Shown here one piece after another: positions 40,254-49,701 of a stretch of DNA of 64,000 nt; position 1 is the stretch's first letter; each line of letters opens with the position of its first letter. The stretch is from an uncultured Chloroflexia bacterium (GTDB lineage: Bacteria; Chloroflexota; Limnocylindria; Limnocylindrales; CSP1-4): contig CAVVJT010000007.1 in NCBI GenBank assembly GCA_963748625.1, positions 1,248,001 through 1,312,000 on the forward strand. The letters run 5' to 3'. The notes under the pieces are model-generated. The model worked only from the letters and a program-made list of their open reading frames with translations, made no database searches and was not told the origin of the DNA. A program made the translations under genes and the position numbers.

Positions 40254-41438
40254 CTAGATTCCGGACCAGCCCTCGACGGCAGACCAGCCCTGACTATTGA
40301 CGCGCCCCACGATGCCGCTCGTTGGCGCTTGTTTTCGGATCTCCTCGTTCACGAGACCCGGGATTGCCTGCTGAGCCTGGCCTAGTAGCGCCTGAAGAAT
40401 CTCGCCAGTCTGAGCCGGGATCGACGCTGGGTCCAGTCCGGGCGGGAGGTTCAAGCTCAGCTGCAGATTGAGATTCAGCGACGGCATGGACCGGGTTCGC
40501 GAGACAGTCATCTGCCCACCGATCCTGTGTGCCATGTTGACGGACTCGATTGCCCCAAGGATCACGTCGGCCCTCGCCTCATCGCCGTCCCCGAGAAGGG
40601 CCAGAGGGTCGAGCGGCTCGCGAGTAGAACACAGCTCCTCGTAAGCCTCCAGCAGCGACCAGACAATTGTCTCGGTCTCGTCGTCGGGCCGAACGATCTT
40701 CAGGCCGATCGCCTCGGCCTCACGGCGGCCGATTGCGTGCCCGTGCTGATAGGTCTTCTCCGCAAGCATCTCGATCACGGATGCAATCGTCTGCTCTTCA
40801 AGCCGCTCGCCCTCGGCGCGCGACGTGAGGAGTTTCCTGGCGACATCTCGGATATGCGAGTGCGCGCGATTGATCTGACCGAGGATCACCGGGTCGACGC
40901 GCTGGGCAAGGGCTGCGAATGGAGCGGCGAGGGCCGCCTGGTCCGAGAGGCCGACACGCTCCCGGATCAATCGGAGGTAGGACATGATGTCCTCTACCGC
41001 GACCTGATCCTGGACTGGCGTCTCGCCTTCCCGGCCACGTTGAATGCCGAGTTGCGGATCGATTGGGCCAAGTTCGCCCTTCGGCCCCATGACTATCTCG
41101 TCAGCCCCGATAGCGATCATGGTCGCTGCGCTCATCGCTTTGTACGGCACGATCACCGAGAACCTCTTCGCGTACTCTCGGATCATGGTGACCATCCGCC
41201 ACGGGACGTCCGTGAGTCCGCCGGTGGAGTACAGGAAGAGGTCAACCGCCTCGCACTGGCCCACGGTGCGCAGGTGGTCGTACAGCGGACGGACGGCGTC
41301 CTCGGCGACCTGCGCCTGCGCGCCCTGCCGGTCACTGAGCACGTAGGTGACGACGTGACTGCCCCGACGCGCCCCAAGTTCCCGCAGCAGACGGCGACGA
41401 TTCGCGGCCCCTGCATCGACCGGTACCAAAGCCCGCAT
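40254..41438 (-). CDS. SDH-family ClpP-fold serine protease (S49-like)
   Basis: VDLFLYSTGG, VPYKAMSAATMIAIGADEIVMG..LGPIDPQ, HGHAIGRREA. Confidence 0.88.
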   Translation of the reverse strand: MRALVPVDAGAANRRRLLRELGARRGSHVVTYVLSDRQGAQAQVAEDAVRPLYDHLRTVGQCEAVDLFLYSTGGLTDVPWRMVTMIREYAKRFSVIVPYKAMSAATMIAIGADEIVMGPKGELGPIDPQLGIQRGREGETPVQDQVAVEDIMSYLRLIRERVGLSDQAALAAPFAALAQRVDPVILGQINRAHSHIRDVARKLLTSRAEGERLEEQTIASVIEMLAEKTYQHGHAIGRREAEAIGLKIVRPDDETETIVWSLLEAYEELCSTREPLDPLALLGDGDEARADVILGAIESVNMAHRIGGQMTVSRTRSMPSLNLNLQLSLNLPPGLDPASIPAQTGEILQALLGQAQQAIPGLVNEEIRKQAPTSGIVGRVNSQGWSAVEGWSGI

Positions 41439-41567
41439 ATCCCCACCTACTAACACTGAGTGACCGTCAGGTCGCGGATCACCACGACCCGCAGCTCGCT
41501 CAGTCTCACCCACGATGATGGCATACGTAGGCGAGCCTTATCCGCAAGGAAACGTACACAATTCATC

Positions 41568-41596
41568 TTGACGGACGTCCACAGTCGGCGCAGATT
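41568..41596 (+). promoter_or_regulatory. Sigma70-type promoter of the Phd/T4SS/Tad operon (probably leaderless)
   Basis: TTGACG-N17-CAGATT, ATG 6 nt downstream, no SD. Confidence 0.55.
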
Positions 41597-41602
41597 CCCG
41601 GC

Positions 41603-41908
41603 ATGCAGAACGTGATTGGCATCCGGACTCTTCGGCGGGGCGTCAACGAGGCGCTCCTGCGCGTGGTGCGTGGCGAGACGATCGTCCTCGTGCGGCACGG
41701 GCGCCCGGTCGCCATCCTCCGGCCGCTCGCCGAGGGTGAGACCCACCGGCGCATCTCCGTGACCACCTTCCGCCGCAACCTGCGCCGCGCGGTCATCGTG
41801 TCCCACCGCCGACCCCTCATGCTCACCTGGTACGGCGACGGGGCCGCGGTGCTCGCACCGGTCCCGCGCGACCTTGAACTCGAGTACGAAGAGGACGACC
41901 TCCTGTGA
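41603..41908 (+). CDS. Tandem double Phd/YefM-domain protein 1
   Basis: IGIRTLRRGVNEALLRVVRGETIVLVRHGRPVAILRP and ISVTTFRRNLRRAV..PLMLTWYGDGAAVLAP. Confidence 0.8.
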   Translation: MQNVIGIRTLRRGVNEALLRVVRGETIVLVRHGRPVAILRPLAEGETHRRISVTTFRRNLRRAVIVSHRRPLMLTWYGDGAAVLAPVPRDLELEYEEDDLL

Positions 41909-42504
41909 CAGCCGGCGGAATGATCCAGGCGCTGGGGATGCGCGAGGTCCGCGCGAACATCCGCGCGGTGGTGGCACGCGTGGAGGCGGGCGAGGCGCTC
42001 GTCGTCCTGCGCGACGGCCAGCCGACCGCGGTGATGCTCGCGTTCGACGAGGCGCAGCGCTGGCAGCAGATCGAGCGCGGCCTCGCCGCCCTCCACGGCC
42101 TGGAGCTGTACCCGGAGCTCGCGCGGGACACCGCAGAGCTCGCCCGCCTGGTGCGCCGCGAGGTGCGGCCGAAGGCAGCCGACGTGCGCCGCCTGGCCGA
42201 GCTGCCGCGGGACATCCTGGCGCCGCTGCGGACGATGGGCGTCACGGATGCGCGGACGGGCTTCGCCGGGATGCTCGACGAGATCACGGCCGGGCGGACC
42301 ATGACGATCGTCTCGGGCGGCCGCTTTGCGGTGACCCTCGTGGCGCCGCGCGAGTTTGACCGCCTGCGCGCGCTCGACCGCACGGTCGGCTGGTTCCGCT
42401 CCGCCGGCCTGGACCTCGCCACTGCCGACGACCAGGCTGTGAGCGCGTTCGTACACGACTTCGCCGCGCGACCCGCGGCATCCGACATCGCGGCCGCCGG
42501 GTAG
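41905..42504 (+). CDS. Tandem double Phd/YefM-domain protein 2
   Basis: LGMREVRANIRAVVARVEAGEALVVLRDGQPTAVML and MGVTDARTGFAGMLDEITAGRTMTIVSGGRFAVTLV. Confidence 0.8.
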   Translation: MTAGGMIQALGMREVRANIRAVVARVEAGEALVVLRDGQPTAVMLAFDEAQRWQQIERGLAALHGLELYPELARDTAELARLVRREVRPKAADVRRLAELPRDILAPLRTMGVTDARTGFAGMLDEITAGRTMTIVSGGRFAVTLVAPREFDRLRALDRTVGWFRSAGLDLATADDQAVSAFVHDFAARPAASDIAAAG

Positions 42505-42512
42505 GGCTGGCC

Positions 42513-42911
42513 ATGCAACGGGGGACCCGCACCATGCCGCATCTGCCGCGCATTCCACGGACACTCGCGATCCTCGGCGCCGTGGGACTGCTCTGGCTCG
42601 TCGGGGCCTCGCCGAGCCTCGCCGCCTCGGTGCCGGCCGGCGCCCGGGAGGCGCTCGCGCCGGTGACCAAGATGATCGCGACGCTGGTGGCGATCGCCAT
42701 CGGCCTCGGGATCGCGGTCTGCGGGGCGGTGATCGTGTGGGGCGGGATCGAGAAGACGCTCGCAGGCGCGAACCAGGACGCGGAGCACCGCGCGGCGAGA
42801 CGGATCCAGAACGGAATCCACGGCCTCGTCTGGATGATCCTGGCGTCCGTGATCGTGACGACGATCACCGCGATCGCCGTCGCCTACGGGCTCATCGACA
42901 AGCCCTTCTGA
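42513..42911 (+). CDS. VirB2/TrbC-like pilin
   Basis: Signal peptide (..SPSLA) then two hydrophobic helices joined by a short basic loop (GGIEKTLAGANQDAEHRAARRIQNGIHGL). Confidence 0.65.
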   Translation: MQRGTRTMPHLPRIPRTLAILGAVGLLWLVGASPSLAASVPAGAREALAPVTKMIATLVAIAIGLGIAVCGAVIVWGGIEKTLAGANQDAEHRAARRIQNGIHGLVWMILASVIVTTITAIAVAYGLIDKPF

Positions 42912-42923
42912 CCCACCAGACCC

Positions 42924-44057
42924 ATGCTGACGACCGGGGGCCTGGTTCCCCCTACCCTCCGAACTCCCGAATCGGGCGCGCGCACCCCCTGGCGTCTCCC
43001 GCGTGCGGGCCTCGCGCTCGTCCTGCTGACGCTCCTGGGCCTCGGGCTCGCCCTCGTGGCCGAGGCGACCCCGGCGCACCCCGACACCTCGCCATCGCCA
43101 GCCGCGCCGTCGATCTCGGGGCCGCCGGTCGGGGACATCCCGATCCTGGGCGACCCGATCCGCGACCTCACGGTCTGGTACTCGGACCGGGTGCGGGACG
43201 CGAACCGCGCCGCGCTCGACAACCTTCGAGGCCAGCTGCTCACGCCGGTCGACCCCCTCACCGACAGCGTCACGCGCGCCCTGTACGGGCCGATGGTGCT
43301 GATCACGATCCCGATCCTCACCTTCGGCGGCCTGATCCTCGGCTACCTGATCATGGTCAGCAGCACCTCGGGCGCCACCGCCTACGAGGCCCGCTCGGTC
43401 GCGCCGCGCTTCGTCGTCGGGGCGGCGCTCGCGATCCTGGGCATCTTCCTTGTCTCGGTGATCACGGCGTTCGTTGCGGCCCTGGATGAAGCGATGGTGC
43501 GCGTGGCGCTGCCGGCCTCGGCGGTCGGCGGGCCCGCGGGCTGGCCGTCCACTGGCGGCGTGTTCGCCGTGCTCCAGCAGGGCGGCTTCGACCCCCGCGT
43601 GCCCCAGGGCCCTGACAACTGGAACAGCGGGGCGTGGATCTCTGCGGGCCTGCTCGCGGGCGTCCTGACCACCTGCCTCGCGATGCTCAACTGGTTCCTG
43701 ACGGGCCTCGAGAAGCTCCTCGTGATCGTGGGGCCGCTGTGCCTCGCGGCGTACGCGATCCCGGCGACCGAGCGCGTGACCAGGCTCTGGTTCAAGGTCC
43801 TGCTCGTCGTGCTTGCCATGCGCTTCGCCTGGGCGATCACGTTCGTCGTGTTCAGCCTGACGGCAGCGCCGTACGTCGGCCCGTCGGGGGCGCCCGCGAC
43901 GGTGCAGGACATGAACATCCTGCTCGGCCTGGCTGCGGGAGCCGCCGCGATGATGCTCGGCCTCCCGCTGGTCCTGATCCCGCTCGCGCTCGCTGGCCCC
44001 CAGATCCTGGACAAGGAGAACGTGGTGCGCCTCGTCCGCGTGCTGCCGTACATCTGA
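42924..44057 (+). CDS. VirB6/TrbL-like polytopic membrane protein
   Basis: About 7 TM helices; LLVIVGPLCLAAYAIPATERVTRLWFKVLL resembles the VirB6 core; lies between the pilin and PrgI genes. Confidence 0.7.
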   Translation: MLTTGGLVPPTLRTPESGARTPWRLPRAGLALVLLTLLGLGLALVAEATPAHPDTSPSPAAPSISGPPVGDIPILGDPIRDLTVWYSDRVRDANRAALDNLRGQLLTPVDPLTDSVTRALYGPMVLITIPILTFGGLILGYLIMVSSTSGATAYEARSVAPRFVVGAALAILGIFLVSVITAFVAALDEAMVRVALPASAVGGPAGWPSTGGVFAVLQQGGFDPRVPQGPDNWNSGAWISAGLLAGVLTTCLAMLNWFLTGLEKLLVIVGPLCLAAYAIPATERVTRLWFKVLLVVLAMRFAWAITFVVFSLTAAPYVGPSGAPATVQDMNILLGLAAGAAAMMLGLPLVLIPLALAGPQILDKENVVRLVRVLPYI

Positions 44058-45490
44058 TGGGCAAGCTCGTCGACGTGCCCGAGAACGCGGTCCGCGAGGA
44101 GCCGCTCGCATTCGGCCTGACGGCACCGCAGCTGCTGGTGTGCGGGATCGCCGTGGGGATCGGCGCCGTCATCCAGCTGATCCCTGTCTGGGTCGCGCTC
44201 CAGGTCGTGCTCACGGTGCTGCTCGCGGGCCCGGTCCTGCTGTCGGCCATCCTCCCGGTCCGGGGCGAGCCCGCCTACCGCTGGCTCATCCGCTGGATCC
44301 GGTACCTGAGGGGTCCACGGACCCTCGAGATGAGCGCCAGCAACGTCCCATATAAGCCGGAGATAAGTGGCGAGGTCCAGGATCGGACTGTCGCGGTCGA
44401 TGCCGCGGTGGACGGGGATCGGGCGATCGACCCGATTGCCGCCCTGGAGGGCCGGGGGGACCCTCCCGCCATCGTCACGGATCTGCCGGGGGAGGCGCAG
44501 ACGCCGATGGGGGAGCGTGCCGTGCGGCTCAAGGTCGTCGAGGCCGACGACCGGGAGCCCGAGGTGGAGGAACGGGAGGTCGCGGGGGACCCGCTCGACC
44601 GCCCGTGGGTCGTGCCGCATGCCCTGCCGACCATGCGCGTGGTCGCGGTCGCGGGGTTCGCGGGTGGCACCGGCCGGACGACGCTCGCGGCCGAGATCGC
44701 GACGCTCGTCGCCTCGGGCGCCCGCATCCGCGGGCTCGATGGCGTGGACATGGCCGTGCGCGTCCTCGTACTCGATGCGGCGCGGCTCGCGGGTGCTGTC
44801 GGCCTCCGCCTGGGACTCGCGCCTGCCGCGCTCGCGCGCGCCCGCGGCCACCGCCTGTGGCGCGATCCGGGTGCCATCGCCGACCTCGCGGTGGCGACGC
44901 GCTGGGGTGCCGACGTCCTGACCCTGCCGCCGCACCCGGAGTTGGGCGAGCACGACGGCGCGGGCGGCGACGCGGCTCTCGGGCTGTTCGGCGCGGCCGA
45001 GGCGGGCGAGCTCGTCGAGGGGGCGCAGCGCGCGGGGTACCACCTGCTCGTCGTCGACCTCGGGAGTCTCCTCGAGGAGGGGCACCGCGAGTTCATCGAC
45101 CAGGCGGACCTGGTCCTGGGCGTCGTGCGCCCGACGCTCGAATCCCTGCCGGACGTCTTCCGTCTGGCCACGGTCACGCGCGCCCAGGGCATGGGCCGCA
45201 AGCTCACGCTCGTCGCGAGCGGCGCCGACGACGACACCGAGATCCGCAGGCTCGCGCGCGAGGCAGACGTCCCGGTCACGGGCTGCATCCGGCCCGATCC
45301 CCTGTTCACGACGGCCGCGGACCGGGGTGAGCCCGCGTGGGTGACCGCCCCGCACCTGCGGGCCGACCTCGTGCGGGTGGCGCGCGCCGCCTGGCCGCTC
45401 CTCGCGGATACGGAGCCGCAGTCCTCCCGCCGGCGCTCCGTGCTCGGCGTCGTCCGCGCCACGATCCCCACCCCTGGAGGCACCCGATGA
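44057..45490 (+). CDS. PrgI/VirB3-like domain fused to a CpaE/TadZ (MinD-like) ATPase domain
   Basis: MGKLVDVPENAVREEPLAFGLTAPQL + 2 TM + GEPAYRWL..YLRGPR; acidic linker; VVAVAGFAGGTGRTTLA, VLVLDA, LLVVDLG. Confidence 0.75.
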   Translation: MGKLVDVPENAVREEPLAFGLTAPQLLVCGIAVGIGAVIQLIPVWVALQVVLTVLLAGPVLLSAILPVRGEPAYRWLIRWIRYLRGPRTLEMSASNVPYKPEISGEVQDRTVAVDAAVDGDRAIDPIAALEGRGDPPAIVTDLPGEAQTPMGERAVRLKVVEADDREPEVEEREVAGDPLDRPWVVPHALPTMRVVAVAGFAGGTGRTTLAAEIATLVASGARIRGLDGVDMAVRVLVLDAARLAGAVGLRLGLAPAALARARGHRLWRDPGAIADLAVATRWGADVLTLPPHPELGEHDGAGGDAALGLFGAAEAGELVEGAQRAGYHLLVVDLGSLLEEGHREFIDQADLVLGVVRPTLESLPDVFRLATVTRAQGMGRKLTLVASGADDDTEIRRLAREADVPVTGCIRPDPLFTTAADRGEPAWVTAPHLRADLVRVARAAWPLLADTEPQSSRRRSVLGVVRATIPTPGGTR

Positions 45491-46791
45491 CGATGGGCGT
45501 CCGTACCGGCTTCGATGGCGCGCCGATTCCCGCCGCGACACTCGGGACCGTCCGCCGCCAGCTCGTGGCGCGCCTGTCGCCCGAGGACCTCAACCCGTTC
45601 GGGCGCACGCCGGAGCAGGAGTCGAGGCTCCGTCGCACGATCGGCGACATCCTCGCCGAACCCGAGCTCGAACTTGCGCCGACCCCCGCACTCGTCGCCG
45701 CGGTCGAGGCAGCCGTGTGCGGCCTGGGTCCCCTGCAGCCGCTCGTCGACGACCCGCTGGTCGGCGACATCCTCGTCAACGGGCCGAATGAGATCTTCGT
45801 CGAGCGCTCGGGCCGCCTCGAGCAGACGCCGGTGACGCTCGGCTCCGCGCGCGAGGTCGTCGAGATCTCCGAGCGCATCGCCGCGCTCGCCGGGCGCGAG
45901 CTCTCGGTGGCGCACCCGGTCGTGGACGCCCGGATGCCGGACGGGTCACGCGTGAACGCGGTCATCCCGCCGGTGGGCGGGCCCTACCTCTCGATCCGCA
46001 AGTTCAACCGCCTCCGCCTCGACCTGTACCCGGGCGGAAGGCACGGGCGCAGCTGGATCGAGGAGGGCGGGCTCGACGCCGCGATGGCGGACGTCGTCAC
46101 CCGCCTCGTGCGTGCGCGCGCGAACATCCTTGTCGCAGGCGAGACGGGCGCCGGCAAGACGACCTTCCTGCGCACGGTCACGGACCTGTTCGACCAGACG
46201 GAGCGGATCGGCGTCGTCGAGGACACAGCCGAGCTCGCGCTCGAGAACCCCGACCGGTTCTGCCTCGAGACGCTGCATCCGCACGACCTCGCGGTCGGCG
46301 AGGCGGACACCCGGCTGCTCGACGTCGGCGACCTCGTGGCGAACGCCCTCCGGATGCGCCCGGACCGCCTGATCGTGGGCGAGATCCGGCTGCCGAAGGA
46401 GGCGTTCTACACGCTCCAGGCGCTCCACACGGGGCACGACGGATCGGCCACGACCATCCACGCGAGCAGCGCCGAGGACGCGCTCTTCCGCCTCGAGCTG
46501 CTCGCCCGCCAGACCATGCGGGACCTCACGGTGACCGACCTGCGCGGCTACATCGCGCGCGTGTTCGACCTGGTCGTCGTGCTGCGCCGTCTCCGCTCGG
46601 GGCGCCGCATCGTCCGCCAGCTCACCGCGGTGGACGGCCTGACCGAGGCCGGCGGGTACCGGATGACCGACGTGTTCCGGGCTGAGGCGGTCCCAGGCTC
46701 GGACGAGATCCGGTTCACCGCCGCAGCTGCGTGGACGCCGTCGCCGCGCCTCCTCGCGCGCCTCGAGCTGGAGGGCGACCAGTGGAGCTGA
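45487..46791 (+). CDS. cpaF: Flp pilus assembly ATPase CpaF/TadA
   Basis: GLGPLQPLVDDP..DILVNGP, DARMPDGSRVNA, GETGAGKTT, EDTAEL, LRMRPDRLIVGEIR, TGHDG..TIHA. Confidence 0.93.
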   Translation: MTMGVRTGFDGAPIPAATLGTVRRQLVARLSPEDLNPFGRTPEQESRLRRTIGDILAEPELELAPTPALVAAVEAAVCGLGPLQPLVDDPLVGDILVNGPNEIFVERSGRLEQTPVTLGSAREVVEISERIAALAGRELSVAHPVVDARMPDGSRVNAVIPPVGGPYLSIRKFNRLRLDLYPGGRHGRSWIEEGGLDAAMADVVTRLVRARANILVAGETGAGKTTFLRTVTDLFDQTERIGVVEDTAELALENPDRFCLETLHPHDLAVGEADTRLLDVGDLVANALRMRPDRLIVGEIRLPKEAFYTLQALHTGHDGSATTIHASSAEDALFRLELLARQTMRDLTVTDLRGYIARVFDLVVVLRRLRSGRRIVRQLTAVDGLTEAGGYRMTDVFRAEAVPGSDEIRFTAAAAWTPSPRLLARLELEGDQWS

Positions 46792-47657
46792 TCGGCGCGC
46801 TCGCCGCCGGAGTCGCCGTCATGGCGCTGATCCTCGCGCTCGCGCCCGCCCGGGTGCAGCCGGCGTCGTCGCTGCGGACCAGAGTCCGGGTCCTCCAGGC
46901 GGAGCGGGTGGGCAAGGCGCGTTCGCTCCTCGAGCAGGCACGCCTCGACGTGGCTCCGCGCACGTACCTCGCGCTCGAGATCGCCTCGCCGCTGGTGCTC
47001 GCGTGGCTCGGGCTGCTCATGTCCGTGCCGATGGCGGTCCTCGGGCTCATCGTGGGCGCCCTCGTGCCGCGCTGGTACGTGCGGTACCTCGTGTCATCGG
47101 AGGCGCGGGCGGCGGCCGACGACGCTCCCCGGGTGCTGCGTGCCATGGTCAACCGCGCGGCCTCGGGCGGCACCTACCCGGACCTCTACGCCGCGGCTGC
47201 CGAGGCGGCGCGCCACCGCTGGGTGAAGGCCGACTTCGAGGAGATCCTCTCGCGCTACTACGCCGCCGAGGCCCCGGCGGACGCGCTCGTCGAGGTTCGC
47301 CGCCGGCAGGCGGGCCGGAACCTCGCGCTCGTGTACGACGCGCTCATCACGCTCGCGCGCACGCACCAGCCCGTGTCGGCCGCCGCGCAGGTGCTGGGCT
47401 CGCTGGGCGACGCGGCGCGGGCCAACGCCTCGATCGCGAAGGCGGCGGTCGCCGAGAGCAAGGGCCTCCGGCTCCAGGCGACGATCCTCGCGATCGTCAT
47501 CCCGGGCATGTTCCTGTACCTGCTCCTCGCGAACGGCGAGCTCATCGCCCCGGTCCTCGGCACGCCGCTCGGGCGGTACGTGCTGCTGCCCGCCGCCGCA
47601 CTTCTCGAGGTCACCGGCATCGCGCTCTCGTGGCGCATCACGCGGCTGGAGGCCTAG
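46782..47657 (+). CDS. tadB: TadB-like (T2SSF) membrane platform protein
   Basis: TM topology and position directly after cpaF; C-terminal PVLGTPLGRYVL. Confidence 0.7.
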   Translation: MELIGALAAGVAVMALILALAPARVQPASSLRTRVRVLQAERVGKARSLLEQARLDVAPRTYLALEIASPLVLAWLGLLMSVPMAVLGLIVGALVPRWYVRYLVSSEARAAADDAPRVLRAMVNRAASGGTYPDLYAAAAEAARHRWVKADFEEILSRYYAAEAPADALVEVRRRQAGRNLALVYDALITLARTHQPVSAAAQVLGSLGDAARANASIAKAAVAESKGLRLQATILAIVIPGMFLYLLLANGELIAPVLGTPLGRYVLLPAAALLEVTGIALSWRITRLEA

Positions 47658-47659
47658 GG

Positions 47660-48565
47660 ATGGAGCTGGTCGGCACGATCGCGGTCGCGATCGCCGTGTT
47701 CTCGCTATGCGTGGCAGTGCTGGGCTCGTCCCTGCTCGTCCCGCGCCGGCTCGACGCGATCCGCGCGGTCGCGATCCCCCGCCACCAGTACGAGCGCCTG
47801 GTCAGCGCGGAGGTGCCGCTCTGGGAGCGCATCGTCGCGCCGGTCGCGGTCCGCCTCGCCGCCCGGGCCCCGGCCTTCGCCTCGCAGGTGAGCGAGCGCG
47901 ACCTCATCCGCGCGGGCTTCGACCCCGCGGTCATCACGCCGGCCGAGGTGTACGCGGCCAAGCTCGTGCTCGCCGCAGGGATCCTTGCCGTGGGTGCCGC
48001 GCTGAGCCCGCTGGTGCCCGTCGCCCTGCTGGTCGCGCTGCCGGTCGCCTTCGTCGGGTACCTGTTCCCGACCGAGTACCTCGCGTCGCGCGGCAAGGCG
48101 CGCACGGCCCAGCTCGCGCGGGAGCTGCCCGACTTCCTCGCCCTCGTGCGACCACTCGCGGCGAAGCACGGCCTCGAGCACGCCGTCGCCGATGTGGCGG
48201 ACGCGCTGCACGACGCGTCGGGCGGGCAGAACCTGCTTGCGCGCCAGATCCGGAGTGCCGTCGCCGCCTATGGCACGGGCACCGACCTCTTCGGGGCGCT
48301 CCGCGACATCGCGATGGCGGCAGAGCTCGAGGAGCTCGACGAGCTCGCGGCAGCCCTGTCCCAGTCCCGCCGCCTCGGCAAGGGCATCAACGAGACCCTC
48401 GCCGAGCACGAGCGATCCCTCCGCGATACCGAGCGCAACCGGCTTGCCGGTGCCGCCTCGTCGGTTCAGCCGAAGCTCGCGGCGATCCTCGCCGGGATCT
48501 ACCTGCCCGAGTTCGTGCTGCTTGTCGTCGCTCCCCTGTTCATCTCGACCCTGGGTCGAATCTAG
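47660..48565 (+). CDS. tadC: TadC-like (T2SSF) membrane platform protein
   Basis: DLIRAG, RELPDFLAL, ALSQSRRLGKGINETL, IYLPEFVLLVVAP. Confidence 0.8.
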   Translation: MELVGTIAVAIAVFSLCVAVLGSSLLVPRRLDAIRAVAIPRHQYERLVSAEVPLWERIVAPVAVRLAARAPAFASQVSERDLIRAGFDPAVITPAEVYAAKLVLAAGILAVGAALSPLVPVALLVALPVAFVGYLFPTEYLASRGKARTAQLARELPDFLALVRPLAAKHGLEHAVADVADALHDASGGQNLLARQIRSAVAAYGTGTDLFGALRDIAMAAELEELDELAAALSQSRRLGKGINETLAEHERSLRDTERNRLAGAASSVQPKLAAILAGIYLPEFVLLVVAPLFISTLGRI

Positions 48566-48582
48566 CCACGAGGAGGTGGACC

Positions 48583-48783
48583 ATGACCATCAAGCACCCC
48601 CGAGCCCGGAGGGCCTCGCGAACGTTGGCGGCCGTGCTGCGCGACGAGCGCGGCGTGACGACCCTCGAGTACATCATCGCCGCGGCGATCGTCCTCGTCG
48701 TGCTCAGTGCCGCGATCCTCGCCTGGAACAACGGGCTCGCCGACAAGATCGGCGATCTCATCCGCCTGCTGGCCGGCACGTGA
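48583..48783 (+). CDS. flp: Flp family pilin
   Basis: SD aggagg; RDERG|VTTLEYIIAAAIVL class III cleavage site with E+5/Y+6. Confidence 0.9.
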   Translation: MTIKHPRARRASRTLAAVLRDERGVTTLEYIIAAAIVLVVLSAAILAWNNGLADKIGDLIRLLAGT

Positions 48784-49202
48784 GCGGGCCACTGGCGGCC
48801 GCTGCCCGGCGGCGGCGGCGCGGTGAGGCCGGGTCGACCGTCGTGGAGGCGGTGCTCGTCGTGCCGCTCGTCCTTGTCCCGGTGCTCGCGGCGACCGTGA
48901 TCCTCGGGCATCTCGCCCACACCCGGATCGTGCTCGACGCGGCCGCTGCCGCCGGTGCCCGCCAGGCCGCGGTCATCGGCGCCGATGGGCCGTCGGTCCG
49001 GAGCCGCATCCGGGCCGAGCTTGCGGACGGCGGGCTCGACCCGGGCACGGTCGGGGTCTCGGTGACGCCGGCCTCGGCGGGCTGGGGACAGCCGATCCGG
49101 GTGCGGCTGACGGCCACGAGCAGGGCAGCCGTCCCGTTCCTGGGCACCTGGACGCTGCCGCTCGCGGCGGAGTTCGTGACCCGCAGCGAGGTGACCCACT
49201 GA
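48780..49202 (+). CDS. tadE: TadE-like minor pilin
   Basis: RGEAG|STVVEAVLVVPL..AAAAGARQAA. Confidence 0.85.
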   Translation: MSGPLAAAARRRRRGEAGSTVVEAVLVVPLVLVPVLAATVILGHLAHTRIVLDAAAAAGARQAAVIGADGPSVRSRIRAELADGGLDPGTVGVSVTPASAGWGQPIRVRLTATSRAAVPFLGTWTLPLAAEFVTRSEVTH

Positions 49203-49697
49203 TGGCCTGGTCACGGGACGGGGAGCGCGGGCAGGTCGCGGTGTACGCCGTGCTGCTGTTCCCCACGCTGATGCTCGTCGTCGCATTCGTGCTCGCGATC
49301 GGCAGCGTCGAGATGCTGCGCTCGCGCCTGCGTGCGCAGCTGGACATGGCGGCGCTCACGGCCACCCAGGCGATCGATCTCGGCGCACTCGCGAGCGGCG
49401 GACGCCCCGTCCTCGTCCGCGACAAGGCCGACGGGCTCGCCCGCCAGTACCTCGCGGTCAACGTGGCGGTGCTCGGCGACCAGCTGCTCGTCACGCCGGA
49501 GGCCGTCGCCGGTGCCGCGCAGGTCGCGGTGACGAACCGGGTGGGCACCGTCGACCCGATCACGGGGCTGCCGGTGACCGCCCCGACCGTGAGCATCCGC
49601 GTGGTCGTCCCGGTCGACCGTGCCGGTGCTGGCCGTCGCGGGCCTCCGGACCAGGGTGGACCTCGAGCTCACGGGCTCGGCCGCCGCGAGGAGCTGA
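49202..49697 (+). CDS. TadG/TadE-like minor pilin, frameshift near 49615
   Basis: DGERG|QVAVYAVLLFP..RLRAQLDMAALTATQ. Confidence 0.75.
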
Positions 49698-49701
49698 CGC
49701 C

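Noticed and set aside
41603-42504. Classical type II toxin-antitoxin pair
   Set aside because: Both ORFs are Phd-like; neither shows a toxin motif.
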